A DNA stretch of 64,000 bases from Bacteroidales bacterium (GTDB lineage Bacteria; Bacteroidota; Bacteroidia; Bacteroidales; WCHB1-69). The translations under genes were made by a program, and so were the position numbers. Where the stretch lies: NCBI GenBank assembly GCA_045616665.1, contig JAZLHE010000044.1, forward strand, positions 1,944 to 65,943, read 5' to 3'. A model generated the notes under the pieces. It did no database searches, was not told the origin of the DNA, and saw only the letters and a list, made by a program, of their open reading frames with translations. How positions within the stretch are numbered: the stretch's first letter is position 1; every line of letters begins with the position of its first letter. Shown one piece after another: positions 62,708-64,000 of the stretch.

Positions 62708-64000
62708 TTACACCTCCACTTGCCCGTTCATCAACAACGGAAGTAGCTCGTCGCGCTGGTTGGAAAGGTGTTCATTCTCATCAAAAATTTGATGTTGTTT
62801 GCCAATTATGTTATTCATTGCTTTGTCAAATTCTTTTAAAACATCATTGGCAGGCAATAAAATGTCAATTCCTTTTAAGGTTTCCATTCTAATACCTAAA
62901 AATATGCTTCCTGTTGCAGACTTTTCTGCTTTTTTTACAAATTCTTGGCTTTTTAAGAATAGATACAAGTACTTTCCGCTGATTTCATCAGCATTTGGTC
63001 TTATTGCAAAAACAGATTCGTTTATATCCCATCCACTGGGTTCTTGGTCAATGTAAAAACATCTTCCTAATGGTGAGATGCTTGCAAACAGGACATCACC
63101 TTTTTGAATGTTTGAACGATTATGAACTTTTGCTAAAGCTTCTTCATCAATTGTGTCGCACGAAGTGAAATCAATATTTCCTTCAAGAGTAAGGTTTTTT
63201 ACCGTGATGTATTTTATATCACCACCACCCAATTTGAAATTATCTCTTGGATTAAGTCCCGTATTGATATGAGTGACAACATTTTTAACCTTTTTCACTT
63301 CCCACCCCGCTGGCACCTCTCGCTTCAACACCGGGTTGTAAACCATCTTGCCACCGCTGCTCTTGTACGGACGGCCGTGCTCGTCGGGAAAGTGGCTTTG
63401 CCCGTTTCCGTCGTCGGTTCGGGATAGTTCGGGCAAGTCCGACTCTCCACTCACACTCATAGGAAACTCAAACTGCACAAACCAATAATCATACACCTCC
63501 TTCGCCATCCGCTCCAACTCCTCGTTGATGGAACGGTTTAACGAGATTTTTGAATTGATGGAATCAAGAAACTTACCTATTTTTCGTTGTTTCAAAATGT
63601 CGGGAAAATTCAACTCTAAATCTCCCAAATCGCTTGGATTCAAAGAAGGATATGCAGAAACGGCATTTTGGGCAATAGAGTGAAGAGTATTTGTTAATGA
63701 TTCTTGAGTAAGCCAATAAAACAAATATAGAGGGTCAACAATGTCTTTATTAATAACATCAATAGTTGCGAAACCTGTAGAAACTATTAAATTTTCAGGT
63801 GGATTCTTCAGTATGCCATAGTGTTTTAAATTTGGTCGCACTAATGAATACAAGATGGTCATATCTTGTACTTTGCGCTGAGCTCGACTAGGTGCTTCGA
63901 ATAAATTTATGCCCTGAACATTGGAAATTGTATTTTCCGTAATACTGCTCGTGTCCAAATACAAAATCTTACAATTTCCAGTTTGTCTTGAAATTGTGGA
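62708..64000 (-). CDS. hsdS: Type I restriction-modification specificity subunit, N-terminus beyond window edge
   Basis: The frame stays open upstream of the ORF-track TTG to position 64000 (...STISRQTGNCKILYLDTSS). Two TRD-like halves (SRAQRKVQDMTILYSLVRPNLKHY; GDVLFASISPLGRCF) are separated by a coiled-coil conserved region, with a C-terminal conserved helix ...RDELLPLLMNGQVEV. Confidence 0.85.
   Translation of the reverse strand, partial: STISRQTGNCKILYLDTSSITENTISNVQGINLFEAPSRAQRKVQDMTILYSLVRPNLKHYGILKNPPENLIVSTGFATIDVINKDIVDPLYLFYWLTQESLTNTLHSIAQNAVSAYPSLNPSDLGDLELNFPDILKQRKIGKFLDSINSKISLNRSINEELERMAKEVYDYWFVQFEFPMSVSGESDLPELSRTDDGNGQSHFPDEHGRPYKSSGGKMVYNPVLKREVPAGWEVKKVKNVVTHINTGLNPRDNFKLGGGDIKYITVKNLTLEGNIDFTSCDTIDEEALAKVHNRSNIQKGDVLFASISPLGRCFYIDQEPSGWDINESVFAIRPNADEISGKYLYLFLKSQEFVKKAEKSATGSIFLGIRMETLKGIDILLPANDVLKEFDKAMNNIIGKQHQIFDENEHLSNQRDELLPLLMNGQVEV

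Overview
This 64 kb window looks like a Bacteroidota (Bacteroidales-like) chromosome. Many genes are preceded by the Bacteroides-type -7 promoter box TAnnTTTG. There is a T9SS type-B C-terminal sorting domain, a CarboxypepD_reg-type TonB-dependent receptor, many lipoprotein signal peptides, and no obvious Shine-Dalgarno dependence. Most of the window is housekeeping: a tolC-MFP-RND efflux operon, pyrG, truA, hflX, galE, PBP1A, lpdA, murG, guaA, HU, hutH, hydF, cstA, crt-hbd, and tRNA-Pro(CGG) and tRNA-Leu(CAG). Several visibly AT-richer accessory patches interrupt this backbone. (1) At 11.4-13.0 kb, an orphan AAA ATPase sits behind a strict 23-bp tandem array with a 69-bp higher-order period. 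(2) At 38.7-40.3 kb, a second orphan ATPase gene with its own promoter is bracketed by two perfect 47-bp hairpin copies. (3) At about 56-64 kb there is a defence-type island. It holds a Fic plus DUF262/DUF1524 (GmrSD-like) operon, and a translationally coupled ABC-type ATPase plus a 169-aa PD-(D/E)xK-like protein next to a type I R-M hsdS that is cut by the window edge. cstA is wedged between these, flanked by two paralogous promoter modules. I rate the ATPase plus small-nuclease pair as the best candidate for an undescribed system. Other points worth a look are a His/Cys-rich metal-uptake cluster around a TonB-dependent receptor, an uncharacterised PP-loop protein upstream of PBP1A, and a family of intergenic repeat elements. 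No CRISPR array, rRNA, transposase or integrase was seen. All functional calls come from reading motifs in the supplied translations by eye; no database search was possible.
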